DNA of 64,000 nucleotides from Escherichia coli (GTDB lineage Bacteria; Pseudomonadota; Gammaproteobacteria; Enterobacterales; Enterobacteriaceae): NCBI RefSeq assembly GCF_003018235.1, contig NZ_CP027437.1; one strand, 5' to 3'. Shown piece by piece: positions 50,330 to 58,880 of this stretch (position 1 is its first letter; each line of letters starts with the position of its first letter). The notes under the pieces were generated by a model. It saw only the letters and a program-made list of their open reading frames with translations, ran no database searches and was not told where the DNA came from. The position numbers and the translations under genes were made by a program.

Positions 50330-50443
50330 TATCCGCGATCGCGGATATCGCAGTGTTTATCCCGTAGAGCGGATAAGATGTGTTTCCAGATTGACTTTAT
50401 CCTCACTAAAGGATAAAACTGATAATATCCCCTTGAGCGGATA
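50330..50443 (+). promoter_or_regulatory. hipBA promoter with four HipB operators (TATCC-N8-GGATA)
   Basis: Operators at 50330-50347, 50358-50375, 50398-50415 and 50426-50443. Confidence 0.85.
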
Positions 50444-50464
50444 AATTTGCTGTGGACGTATGAC

Positions 50465-50731
50465 ATGATGAGCTTTCAGAAGATCTATAGCCCAACGCAA
50501 TTAGCGAATGCAATGAAACTGGTTCGTCAGCAAAATGGCTGGACGCAGAGCGAGCTGGCGAAAAAAATCGGCATTAAGCAGGCGACAATTTCCAATTTCG
50601 AAAACAACCCTGACAATACCACGCTGACGACATTTTTTAAGATTTTACTGTCGCTTGAACTCTCAATGACGCTATGCGACACGAAAAATGCCTCGCCAGA
50701 ATCAACAGAACAGCAAGATCTGGAGTGGTAA
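50465..50731 (+). CDS. hipB: Antitoxin HipB (Xre-type HTH)
   Basis: 88 aa from MMSFQKIYSPTQLANAMKLVRQQNGWTQSELAKKIG... Confidence 0.95.
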   Translation: MMSFQKIYSPTQLANAMKLVRQQNGWTQSELAKKIGIKQATISNFENNPDNTTLTTFFKILLSLELSMTLCDTKNASPESTEQQDLEW

Positions 50732-52053
50732 TGCCTAAACTTGTCACTTGGATGAACAACCAGCGGGTAGGCGAGTTAACGAAGTTAGCCAATGGCGCGC
50801 ACACCTTTAAGTATGCACCGGAGTGGTTAGCCAACCGTTATGCCAGACCGTTATCACTTTCGCTGCCATTGCAGAGGGGGAATATCACCTCTGATGCTGT
50901 ATTTAACTTCTTCGATAACCTGCTACCCGATAGCCCGATTGTACGTGACCGGATCGTTAAACGTTATCATGCTAAATCCAGACAACCGTTTGATTTATTG
51001 TCAGAAATAGGGCGAGATAGCGTTGGTGCCGTAACGTTATTACCCGAAAATGAAACCATAACGCGCCCGATAATGGCATGGGAACAGCTCACTGAAGCCA
51101 GGCTTGAAGAAGTATTAACGGCTTATAAAGCAGATATCCCTCTGGGCATGATTAGAGAAGAAAATGACTTTCGCATCTCGGTTGCTGGCGCGCAGGAGAA
51201 GACAGCGCTGCTCAGAATAGGCAATGACTGGTGCATTCCGAAAGGAATAACGCCGACGACGCACATCATTAAATTACCGATTGGCGAAATCAGGCAGCCC
51301 AATGCGACGCTCGATCTCAGCCAAAGCGTTGATAATGAGTATTACTGTCTGCTGCTGGCGAAAGAACTTGGGTTGAATGTGCCGGACGCAGAAATCATTA
51401 AAGCGGGAAATGTGCGCGCGTTAGCGGTCGAACGTTTTGACAGGCGTTGGAATGCTGAGCGAACGGTTTTACTTCGCTTGCCACAGGAGGATATGTGTCA
51501 GACATTCGGTTTACCTTCATCGGTGAAATATGAATCAGATGGAGGCCCAGGCATCGCGCGGATAATGGCTTTTTTGATGGGGTCCAGCGAGGCGCTGAAA
51601 GATCGCTATGATTTTATGAAGTTTCAGGTGTTCCAGTGGGTGATTGGCGCAACGGATGGCCATGCAAAAAACTTCTCCGTATTTATTCAGGCTGGCGGCA
51701 GTTATCGACTCACGCCATTTTACGACATCATTTCAGCATTTCCGGTATTGGGTGGCGCAGGAATACACATCAGCGATCTTAAACTGGCAATGGGGCTTAA
51801 CGCATCCAAAGGCAAAAAAACGGCAATCGATAAAATTTATCCGCGACATTTTCTGGCGACAGCAAAGGTGCTGAAATTTCCGGAAGTGCAGATGCATGAA
51901 ATCCTGAGTGACTTTGCCAGAATGATTCCGGCAGCACTGGATAACGTGAAGACTTCATTACCGACAGATTTTCCGGAGAACGTGGTGACGGCAGTTGAAA
52001 CCAATGTGTTGAGGTTGCACCGTCGGTTAAGCCGAGAATACGGTATTAAGTAA
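50731..52053 (+). CDS. hipA: Serine/threonine kinase toxin HipA
   Basis: 440 aa from MPKLVTWMNNQRVGELTKLANGAHTFKYAPEWL...; start overlaps the hipB stop. Confidence 0.95.
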   Translation: MPKLVTWMNNQRVGELTKLANGAHTFKYAPEWLANRYARPLSLSLPLQRGNITSDAVFNFFDNLLPDSPIVRDRIVKRYHAKSRQPFDLLSEIGRDSVGAVTLLPENETITRPIMAWEQLTEARLEEVLTAYKADIPLGMIREENDFRISVAGAQEKTALLRIGNDWCIPKGITPTTHIIKLPIGEIRQPNATLDLSQSVDNEYYCLLLAKELGLNVPDAEIIKAGNVRALAVERFDRRWNAERTVLLRLPQEDMCQTFGLPSSVKYESDGGPGIARIMAFLMGSSEALKDRYDFMKFQVFQWVIGATDGHAKNFSVFIQAGGSYRLTPFYDIISAFPVLGGAGIHISDLKLAMGLNASKGKKTAIDKIYPRHFLATAKVLKFPEVQMHEILSDFARMIPAALDNVKTSLPTDFPENVVTAVETNVLRLHRRLSREYGIK

Positions 52054-52163
52054 GATATGGGGTTTGGCCGTTGTTAATGAGCAGGACAATCATGACCGCC
52101 AACGACTGGATTCTCCCTTGGTTTATGTTGGTGCGCATAATGTGATACGCGTTATGTTGAAAA

Positions 52164-52199
52164 GGCCGCTGCGATACTCTCTCCCGCAGCGGCCTTTTT
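52164..52199 (+). terminator. Intrinsic terminator about 110 bp downstream of hipA
   Basis: GGCCGCTGCG / CGCAGCGGCC stem followed by TTTTT. Confidence 0.7.
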
Positions 52200-52503
52200 A
52201 CACATAACGCCATTGTGCGCACTGTTGTGGTCCGCCGAAGCCAGTGAGAGATGACAGAGCAGCATGAGACAGCGCAACGCGCCTCCTGAAAGACCGCCTT
52301 TTAGCGGGCAGTCATCGAGACGAACGACGCAAGACGTGAGTCGCACAGGCGTTGATGTGGTCAGTTGATGAAATTGATGGCTTACAGCGTTTATGACTGG
52401 CGTTAACTGGTGTGGCTTTCTGGCTGTTTTTTATCAGATGTGATCGCAGTGCGTATAAGATATATTATGTTAAATATGGTGGGTTTTTACGTTACCCCGT
52501 CAT

Positions 52504-52695
52504 ATGCTAACACTGCCGCACTTCCAGTTTATCTACGCGTTAATGGGTGCTGAAAGGATCCTGTTCTCCGTCGATTATCCCTATCAGACCCTGGACGGTG
52601 TAAAAACCTTTATAGACAGTCTGCCCGTCAACAAGGCTGAAAAAGAGGCCATCGCGTTTCGCAATGCAGAACGTTTACTGGGCATCACGGTTTAG
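52504..52695 (+). pseudogene. C-terminal fragment of an amidohydrolase-superfamily (Amidohydro_2-like) protein
   Basis: 63-aa ORF ...ERILFSVDYPYQTLDG... resembling the C-terminal metal-binding strand of such enzymes, with no upstream coding continuation. Confidence 0.5.
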
Positions 52696-52845
52696 TTCAC
52701 CGTTTCATGATGACTGAGCACATTGTGATCAGCCGACAATTATTAGTTTTTGCCTAAAAGTGAATGAGCCTTTACTGCTCTAAAAAAATAATGTTGTCAC
52801 TCTATACTGGATTTAATATTCACCAAAGATGTTTAACTGATTGAA

Positions 52846-53418
52846 ATGAAAAATATCCTTGTTATTTCAGGTCATCCTGAGCTTACCCATTCCGTCGCCA
52901 ATGCCACTATTCTTGATGAAGTGGAGACCGCCCTTCCCGATGTTGAGATTCGTCGTCTGGACAGGCTCTATCCGGATGGCAAATTCAACATCGCGGCGGA
53001 GCAGAAAAGCCTGCTCAGGGCCGATGTGATTGTCTGGCAGTTCCCTTTTTCCTGGTATGGGCTGCCAGGATTAATGAAAAAATGGCTGGACGAGGTCTTT
53101 GTTCACGGCTTCGCGCATGGCTCAACGGCGAAACTGGGCGGTAAAAAGCTGATCCTCTCCTTTACAACGGGAGCGCCAGATGAGCTCTATACCGTCGACA
53201 GTTTCTTTGGCCATACCATTGAAGAGTATCTAATTCCGTTCGAGACCACAGCAAAACTGTGCAATCTTGAGCTGCTGGCGCCGGTTTATACCTGCGGTAT
53301 CAGCTATGCCGATCGGGATGCCGACAAACTCGCGCAGCAAAAAACGCTTGCCCGGGAACACGCTTCAAGGCTTGTCGATCTGCTCAATTCCGTCGTGAAT
53401 AATCCAGAGGGAGAATAA
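52846..53418 (+). CDS. Flavodoxin-like fold NAD(P)H dehydrogenase (quinone) family protein (KefF/MdaB-like)
   Basis: 190 aa, MKNILVISGHPELTHSVANATIL..., motif pattern of Flavodoxin_2-type FMN reductases. Confidence 0.75.
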   Translation: MKNILVISGHPELTHSVANATILDEVETALPDVEIRRLDRLYPDGKFNIAAEQKSLLRADVIVWQFPFSWYGLPGLMKKWLDEVFVHGFAHGSTAKLGGKKLILSFTTGAPDELYTVDSFFGHTIEEYLIPFETTAKLCNLELLAPVYTCGISYADRDADKLAQQKTLAREHASRLVDLLNSVVNNPEGE

Positions 53419-53420
53419 CA

Positions 53421-54440
53421 ATGCAGTATACCCGGCTCGGTAAAAGTGACTTACTTGTTTCCCGCATCTGCATGGGATGCATGGGGTTTGGCGATCCGTC
53501 GACGGGTCAGCATAGCTGGACGCTGGACGAAACAGCAAGCCGCGACATCATTCGCTATGGCCTTGAAAAGGGCATCAACTTTTACGATACCGCTATAGCC
53601 TACCAGAATGGCTCCAGTGAGCGATACGTTGGCCGGGCATTACGGGAGATGGCGAAACGCGATGATATCGTCCTGGCCACCAAGTTTCTGCCGCGAACCC
53701 CCGCACAAATTGCCGGAGGGATCAGCGGAAAAGAGGCAATCGCTCAATCCCTTGACCAGAGCCTGAAGAATCTGGGGATGGACTATATCGACCTCTACAT
53801 CTACCACATCTGGGATTACAACACGCCCATTATCGACGTGCTTGAAGCGTTACATACCGCTGTTAATGCTGGCAAAGTACGAGCTGTTGGTATTTCAAAC
53901 TGCTATGCCTGGCAGCTGGCGAAGGCGAACGCCCTTGCTGAACGCGAAGGGCTGACGCCCTTTGTTTCCGTACAGAGCCACTACAATCTAATTATGCGCG
54001 AAGATGAACGGGAGCTCTTCGGCCTGTGCACTGAGGATAATATCGCAATGACCCCCTATAGCGCGCTGGCCAGCGGCCGCCTCTCTCGTAAAGAAGGCTA
54101 TACACGGCGAGCCACAGAGGATGACTATGCGCGTGGAAAATATGACAGCACGGCTGAACAGGATCGCAGCATTATTGAGCGTGTAGCCGAACTGGCCGAA
54201 CGCCATCTGGTGTCAATGACGGAAATATCTCTCGCTTGGCTGCTGACAAAAGTCACATCACCTGTCGTAGGGGCTACAAAAAAAGCTCATGTCGATGGCG
54301 CGGTAAACGCAGTAAATCTTCAACTAAGTCCGGAGGAAATTCAGTTTCTGGAAGAAACCTACCAGCCGCATGTTCTGACGGGGATCATGGCGCAAAATAC
54401 GCCGCAAACGAAAGATGTTAAGCAGGTCTGGATGCGATAG
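53421..54440 (+). CDS. Aldo-keto reductase (Tas/YajO-like)
   Basis: 339 aa, MQYTRLGKSDLLVSRICMGCMGFG..., translationally coupled to the upstream gene (2-nt gap). Confidence 0.85.
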   Translation: MQYTRLGKSDLLVSRICMGCMGFGDPSTGQHSWTLDETASRDIIRYGLEKGINFYDTAIAYQNGSSERYVGRALREMAKRDDIVLATKFLPRTPAQIAGGISGKEAIAQSLDQSLKNLGMDYIDLYIYHIWDYNTPIIDVLEALHTAVNAGKVRAVGISNCYAWQLAKANALAEREGLTPFVSVQSHYNLIMREDERELFGLCTEDNIAMTPYSALASGRLSRKEGYTRRATEDDYARGKYDSTAEQDRSIIERVAELAERHLVSMTEISLAWLLTKVTSPVVGATKKAHVDGAVNAVNLQLSPEEIQFLEETYQPHVLTGIMAQNTPQTKDVKQVWMR

Positions 54441-54555
54441 CCCTTATTCACTTTTCCTCCTCTCGTCTTTGAGAGCGCCAGTAGCGGTCGGTTACGTTCT
54501 TACCAGCACCAGTTGATCGAACGTCTTAAACAGTAATGTCAGTAAAAAGATCATC

Positions 54556-55281
54556 GTGAAAAAGACTTTTATGCTTTTAATTTGCATGCTAATAAGCAGC
54601 CCTGTCTTTGCAACAAAACCGGACGCGCCGAATAAGCCGGAGATGAATATCTTCGAGCTCGGCATCAGACCCGATCGGGACAACGACTTTGCAGACGTGG
54701 CCAGACAGACGATTTCCGCTTCGGTTGATCATGAAGCAGGTACACTGGCGATGTATGCCCTGCAACGCAGCGACAATTCAGGTCAGGCATTCATGTTCGA
54801 ACTCTATGAAAATGAGCGTGCTTATCGCAAACATCTCAATGCCGCCCCATACAAAGCATTCGCTGCTCGTGCACCTGACATTATTGACAGGAAGAAGAAA
54901 ATTACCCTGGAGCCACAGTTTCTGGGCGACAAACACATCATACCGAATGAACGAACTATCAATAATCTGGTGATCGTCGAAGTAAAGCCTGAATTTCAGA
55001 GCGAATTTAGAAACATCGTCCTTCCTGAAATGGTCGAGTCGCTCAAAGTAGAGAAATGCGTGTTAGCCATGTATGCCGGTACAGATTCAGAGACTCCAAA
55101 ACGCTGGTATTTCTATGAGATTTACGCCAGTGAGGAGGATTATCAACTGCACCGACAAACGCTGCACTTCCTAGATTACCTCAGGCAAACGGCGCATATG
55201 AGCGCCAGGAAGGACGCAATCCCGGTAAAACCGGTATTTCTTCGTAACAAAGGCGGAATCAAACAGGAGCCGCAACGTTGA
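54556..55281 (+). CDS. Exported protein with two tandem ABM (antibiotic-biosynthesis-monooxygenase / Dabb-like) domains
   Basis: 241 aa; signal peptide MKKTFMLLICMLISSPVFA; two repeats of the ABM pattern. Start is either GTG 54556 or ATG 54571. Confidence 0.7.
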   Translation: MKKTFMLLICMLISSPVFATKPDAPNKPEMNIFELGIRPDRDNDFADVARQTISASVDHEAGTLAMYALQRSDNSGQAFMFELYENERAYRKHLNAAPYKAFAARAPDIIDRKKKITLEPQFLGDKHIIPNERTINNLVIVEVKPEFQSEFRNIVLPEMVESLKVEKCVLAMYAGTDSETPKRWYFYEIYASEEDYQLHRQTLHFLDYLRQTAHMSARKDAIPVKPVFLRNKGGIKQEPQR

Positions 55282-55296
55282 CCAGTAAGGATTAAC

Positions 55297-56100
55297 ATGA
55301 AAAGCGTACTTGCAGCAGCGGCTATGTCGCTTGTTATTTCTGATTTTGCTAATGCTGAGGAAACAAGAGGTAAAGCTATGATGAAAATAGAACCGTCAGC
55401 GATTTCGGAAGCTGATATTCGTTCCGTCTCACCGGCTCTCGCGCGCTTTGGTCGCGAAGCTATTACTGAAGATCTGTGGACACGCGACGCCCTCTCACCG
55501 AGGGATCGTAGTGTGGTGACCGTCGCCATGCTGATTGCCCGCAACCAGCCTGCCGAGCTTAAGCACTATATTGACGTCGCTCTCGATAGCGGCGTGACGC
55601 CAGCGGAATTATCAGAAATCATTACCCATCTGGCGTTCTACTCAGGTTGGCCAAATGCAATGTCAGCCGTCAGCGTGACCAAAGCAGTATTTGAAACTCG
55701 TGGCGTCACGCCAGATGCGCTTCCTGACGCTTCTCCGGACCTGCTTCCTCTCAATCAGGAAGCAGAAAAGCAGCGTTCAGAGACAGTGGAAAAAAATGTT
55801 GGCCCAATATCTCCAGGCCTGGTTAAATTCACTGCTGATCCACTCTTCCTGGATCTATGGCAAAGACCCGCGCTGAAACCCCGCGACAGAAGCCTGATTA
55901 CGGTCAGCGCCTTAATCGCATCCGGACAGAGCGCGCAGATTGGCTATCACCTCAATAGAGCAATGGATAATGGACTTTCTGTTGAGGAAGCTGGTGAGAT
56001 CGTTACCCAGGCCGCCTTCTATGCTGGCTGGCCAAACGCATTTACCGCTGCTCCGGTTGTGGGAGAGGTGCTAAACAATCGATCATCGAGTAAAAGGTAA
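55297..56100 (+). CDS. Exported protein with two tandem carboxymuconolactone decarboxylase (CMD/AhpD-like) domains
   Basis: 267 aa; signal peptide MKSVLAAAAMSLVISDFANA; two copies of the CMD pattern (...HLAFYSGWPNA... and ...QAAFYAGWPNA...); AAGGA RBS. Confidence 0.75.
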   Translation: MKSVLAAAAMSLVISDFANAEETRGKAMMKIEPSAISEADIRSVSPALARFGREAITEDLWTRDALSPRDRSVVTVAMLIARNQPAELKHYIDVALDSGVTPAELSEIITHLAFYSGWPNAMSAVSVTKAVFETRGVTPDALPDASPDLLPLNQEAEKQRSETVEKNVGPISPGLVKFTADPLFLDLWQRPALKPRDRSLITVSALIASGQSAQIGYHLNRAMDNGLSVEEAGEIVTQAAFYAGWPNAFTAAPVVGEVLNNRSSSKR

Positions 56101-56201
56101 CATTACCGAACACTAAAACTTGACGCACATCACAACATTAGAACGAACAGTTCATGAACCAATAAGCGTAACATCGAGTGATTTATGGACAGCGTTTAAC
56201 A

Positions 56202-56232
56202 CAGTTATGAACCAAAACTGAGTTCATAACTG
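56202..56232. promoter_or_regulatory. Perfect inverted repeat CAGTTATGAAC-N9-GTTCATAACTG in a non-coding stretch (a related GTTCATGAAC palindrome lies at 56150-56159)
   Basis: Seen directly in the sequence; function unknown (operator or degraded element end). Confidence 0.3.
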
Positions 56233-56514
56233 TGAGTTTGAATCGCCATTTGATTAATATCCATTTAAAACAGTTTGTTATGCTGTTTCTGGTGCTGAAG
56301 TCAATTATGTATATCCCTCAAACCCAGAATAGTTAAATGGAATTTGAGTGATGCGAAGCGATTTTCCAGTCGTCGTTATTACTTCAGGGTTCCAGAACAT
56401 AAAGCCTCTCCTCTTTCATGATTGGCCTGTGCATACCGGATATAGGCTGGCTGGTATGCAGGTTTGCCGTTTGCCGCATCTTCCCTGCGTTGAAGAGTCA
56501 GGCTGGCAAACCGC

Positions 56515-56769
56515 GTGCAAATGAACACCCCCACTTTCCATCAACACTTCAGACAGCTTGCGGGAATGAGTCCACTCCGGTATCAGAAATGGCTACGCCT
56601 CAATGAAGCCAGGCGACTGATGCTGAATGAACATTACGATGTCACCACTGCAGCCTATGCTGTCGGTTACGAAAGCTTATCCCATTTCAGTCGGGAATAT
56701 TCGCGGATGTTTGGAGAGTCACCTAAGAGAGATATTACCGGGTTAAGAAAGTCTGTCGGTCAGCTTTAA
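56515..56769 (+). pseudogene. yneL: AraC-family regulator, C-terminal HTH fragment only (yneL-like)
   Basis: 84-aa ORF ...FHQHFRQLAGMSPLRYQKWLRLNEARRLM...VGYESLSHFSREYSRMFGESP: second half of an AraC DNA-binding domain with no N-terminal domain. Confidence 0.7.
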
Positions 56770-57202
56770 TAAACCCTGCACTTATCTGTTTAGAGCAATT
56801 CCGTGTTAGTTACACCAGTCAAACATTAACCATAGCTAATGTTTTATAGCCATATAAACCATTGGCCGCTCTTGACCTTTCCTGACACTTCCCTTGTTCG
56901 CAATAATATTCTGTTTAGTCGCTGTTTATAAATAACATGCATAATGAAATCGTAATGTTATTTAGCGACATAAAATGTCTTTGCAAATACCCTCTACAAC
57001 AAGTGCTGCAATAAACTTGTTGTGATTAGGTGTCCTTGTAATTTAAAGATATTATCGTTCTTCGTGAAATGTAATAACCCTGGAAACTATATTCTCAGGG
57101 CAATATCCCATCAAGAATGATTCTTGTTTTATAAGCAATAACAGAATGACTTAATTGTTAACTTTCTTTATTCAGCTACTTAAATATAAATTTTGGAGAA
57201 TT

Positions 57203-57766
57203 ATGAAACTCAAACATGTCGGTATGATTGTCGTTTCTGTGTTGGCGATGTCGTCTGCTGCGGTAAGCGCAGCCGAGGGTGATGAATCAGTAACGACCAC
57301 TGTTAATGGCGGTGTTATTCATTTTAAAGGTGAAGTGGTAAATGCCGCTTGTGCGATTGATTCAGAATCAATGAACCAAACGGTTGAGCTGGGTCAGGTC
57401 CGTTCTTCTCGTCTGGCTAAAGCGGGTGACCTCAGCTCCGCCGTTGGCTTCAATATCAAGCTGAATGATTGTGATACCAATGTTTCCAGTAATGCAGCTG
57501 TTGCATTCCTGGGTACTACTGTCACCAGTAATGACGATACGTTAGCGCTGCAGAGTTCAGCGGCAGGCTCTGCCCAAAATGTCGGTATTCAAATTTTGGA
57601 CCGTACGGGTGAGGTATTAATACTTGATGGTGCCACTTTTAGCGCTAAAACTGACTTGATTGATGGCACGAATATACTGCCGTTCCAGGCTCGTTATATT
57701 GCTCTCGGGCAGTCAGTAGCTGGTACTGCAAACGCTGATGCGACCTTCAAAGTTCAATATCTATAA
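57203..57766 (+). CDS. Fimbrial major subunit (type 1 / F9-like pilin)
   Basis: 187 aa from [24 protein letters not shown]-terminal beta-strand ...FKVQYL; GGAG RBS. Confidence 0.85.
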   Translation: MKLKHVGMIVVSVLAMSSAAVSAAEGDESVTTTVNGGVIHFKGEVVNAACAIDSESMNQTVELGQVRSSRLAKAGDLSSAVGFNIKLNDCDTNVSSNAAVAFLGTTVTSNDDTLALQSSAAGSAQNVGIQILDRTGEVLILDGATFSAKTDLIDGTNILPFQARYIALGQSVAGTANADATFKVQYL

Positions 57767-58128
57767 TTCAATCTTAAGGTGGCTATACGTCATCTGAAAT
57801 TGAAACAGGGTGTGTGTGGCATGGCTACGCACACCCGAGCAATTCACCAATGTTCATCTCATTATTAATGAGGAATAGTTTGTGTTTTGGAGCGGTATGA
57901 AAAAATCACATAATATCTAAACGATCAATAAACAACAGTAGTTAAACTTACTGTTATTTAAAATATTTACTTTGTAGCAAGGTTTTCCTATTAAAAGAGA
58001 ACCAACATTTATTACAAACGCATTAAGTCTGGAAACCCGGCGAGTCGCCAATGTATTAGCAACATTTACCGATTGTCTGATGTAACGGTTTCCCCGCTTA
58101 TCCTCTTAACACATGGAGAATGCATCAG

Positions 58129-58839
58129 ATGCAAACTACGCGTACCCCCTACTCTATTTCCTTTATGGCGACAGTGTTACTTTTATTGCTCTTTGCTTGC
58201 CATAGCACCGTTGCCAACGCAGCTGTCGCACTGGGTGCGACGCGGGTAATTTATCCGGCAAACCAGAAACAGGTTTTATTGCCTGTCACGAATAATGATC
58301 CTGCCAGTGTCTATCTCATTCAGTCATGGATAGAAAATGAGGGTGACCAAAAAGACACCCAGTTTGTCATTACGCCACCGCTTTTTTCCATGCAAGGTAA
58401 AAAAGAGAATACGCTGCGGATAATCAACGCCACTAATCATCAGTTACCAGGCGACCGTGAAAGCCTGTTCTGGGTTAATGTTAAAGCTATTCCTGCTATG
58501 GAAAAAGATCAGAAGAATGAGAATACATTACAGCTGGCAATTATTAGCCGCATAAAAATGTTTTATCGCCCCACGAACCTGGCAATGGCACCTGAAGAAG
58601 CGCCTGCAATGCTTCGGTTTCGTCGCAGCGGCAGCAAACTCACTCTTATTAATCCAACGCCCTACTTCATTACCGTAACAAATATGAAAGCAGGAAATAG
58701 CAATCTCCCAAACACCATGGTGCCGCCAAAAGGTGAAGTATCGGTGGATATCCCGCATGCTGCAACCGGGGATATCAGTTTTCAGACGATCAATGATTAC
58801 GGTGCATTAACTCCGCGTATTAAGGCAACCATGCAATAA
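58129..58839 (+). CDS. Periplasmic fimbrial chaperone (PapD/FimC family)
   Basis: Motif AVALGATRVIYPANQKQV; alternative start at 58120. Confidence 0.85.
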   Translation: MQTTRTPYSISFMATVLLLLLFACHSTVANAAVALGATRVIYPANQKQVLLPVTNNDPASVYLIQSWIENEGDQKDTQFVITPPLFSMQGKKENTLRIINATNHQLPGDRESLFWVNVKAIPAMEKDQKNENTLQLAIISRIKMFYRPTNLAMAPEEAPAMLRFRRSGSKLTLINPTPYFITVTNMKAGNSNLPNTMVPPKGEVSVDIPHAATGDISFQTINDYGALTPRIKATMQ

Positions 58840-58880
58840 GCCAGTGACCTAATTAATAATAAACTCAATCGGAATTAAAA

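Noticed and set aside
52152-52346. 64-aa minus-strand ORF downstream of hipA
   Set aside because: Overlaps the hipA terminator hairpin; no RBS; Cys/Leu-rich product with no motifs.
54236-54421. 61-aa plus-strand ORF inside the aldo-keto reductase gene
   Set aside because: Out-of-frame overlap with the well-supported AKR gene.
56418-56606. 62-aa ORF overlapping the start of the AraC fragment
   Set aside because: Different frame from the AraC HTH remnant and no recognisable similarity; the locus is treated as a single decayed regulator gene.
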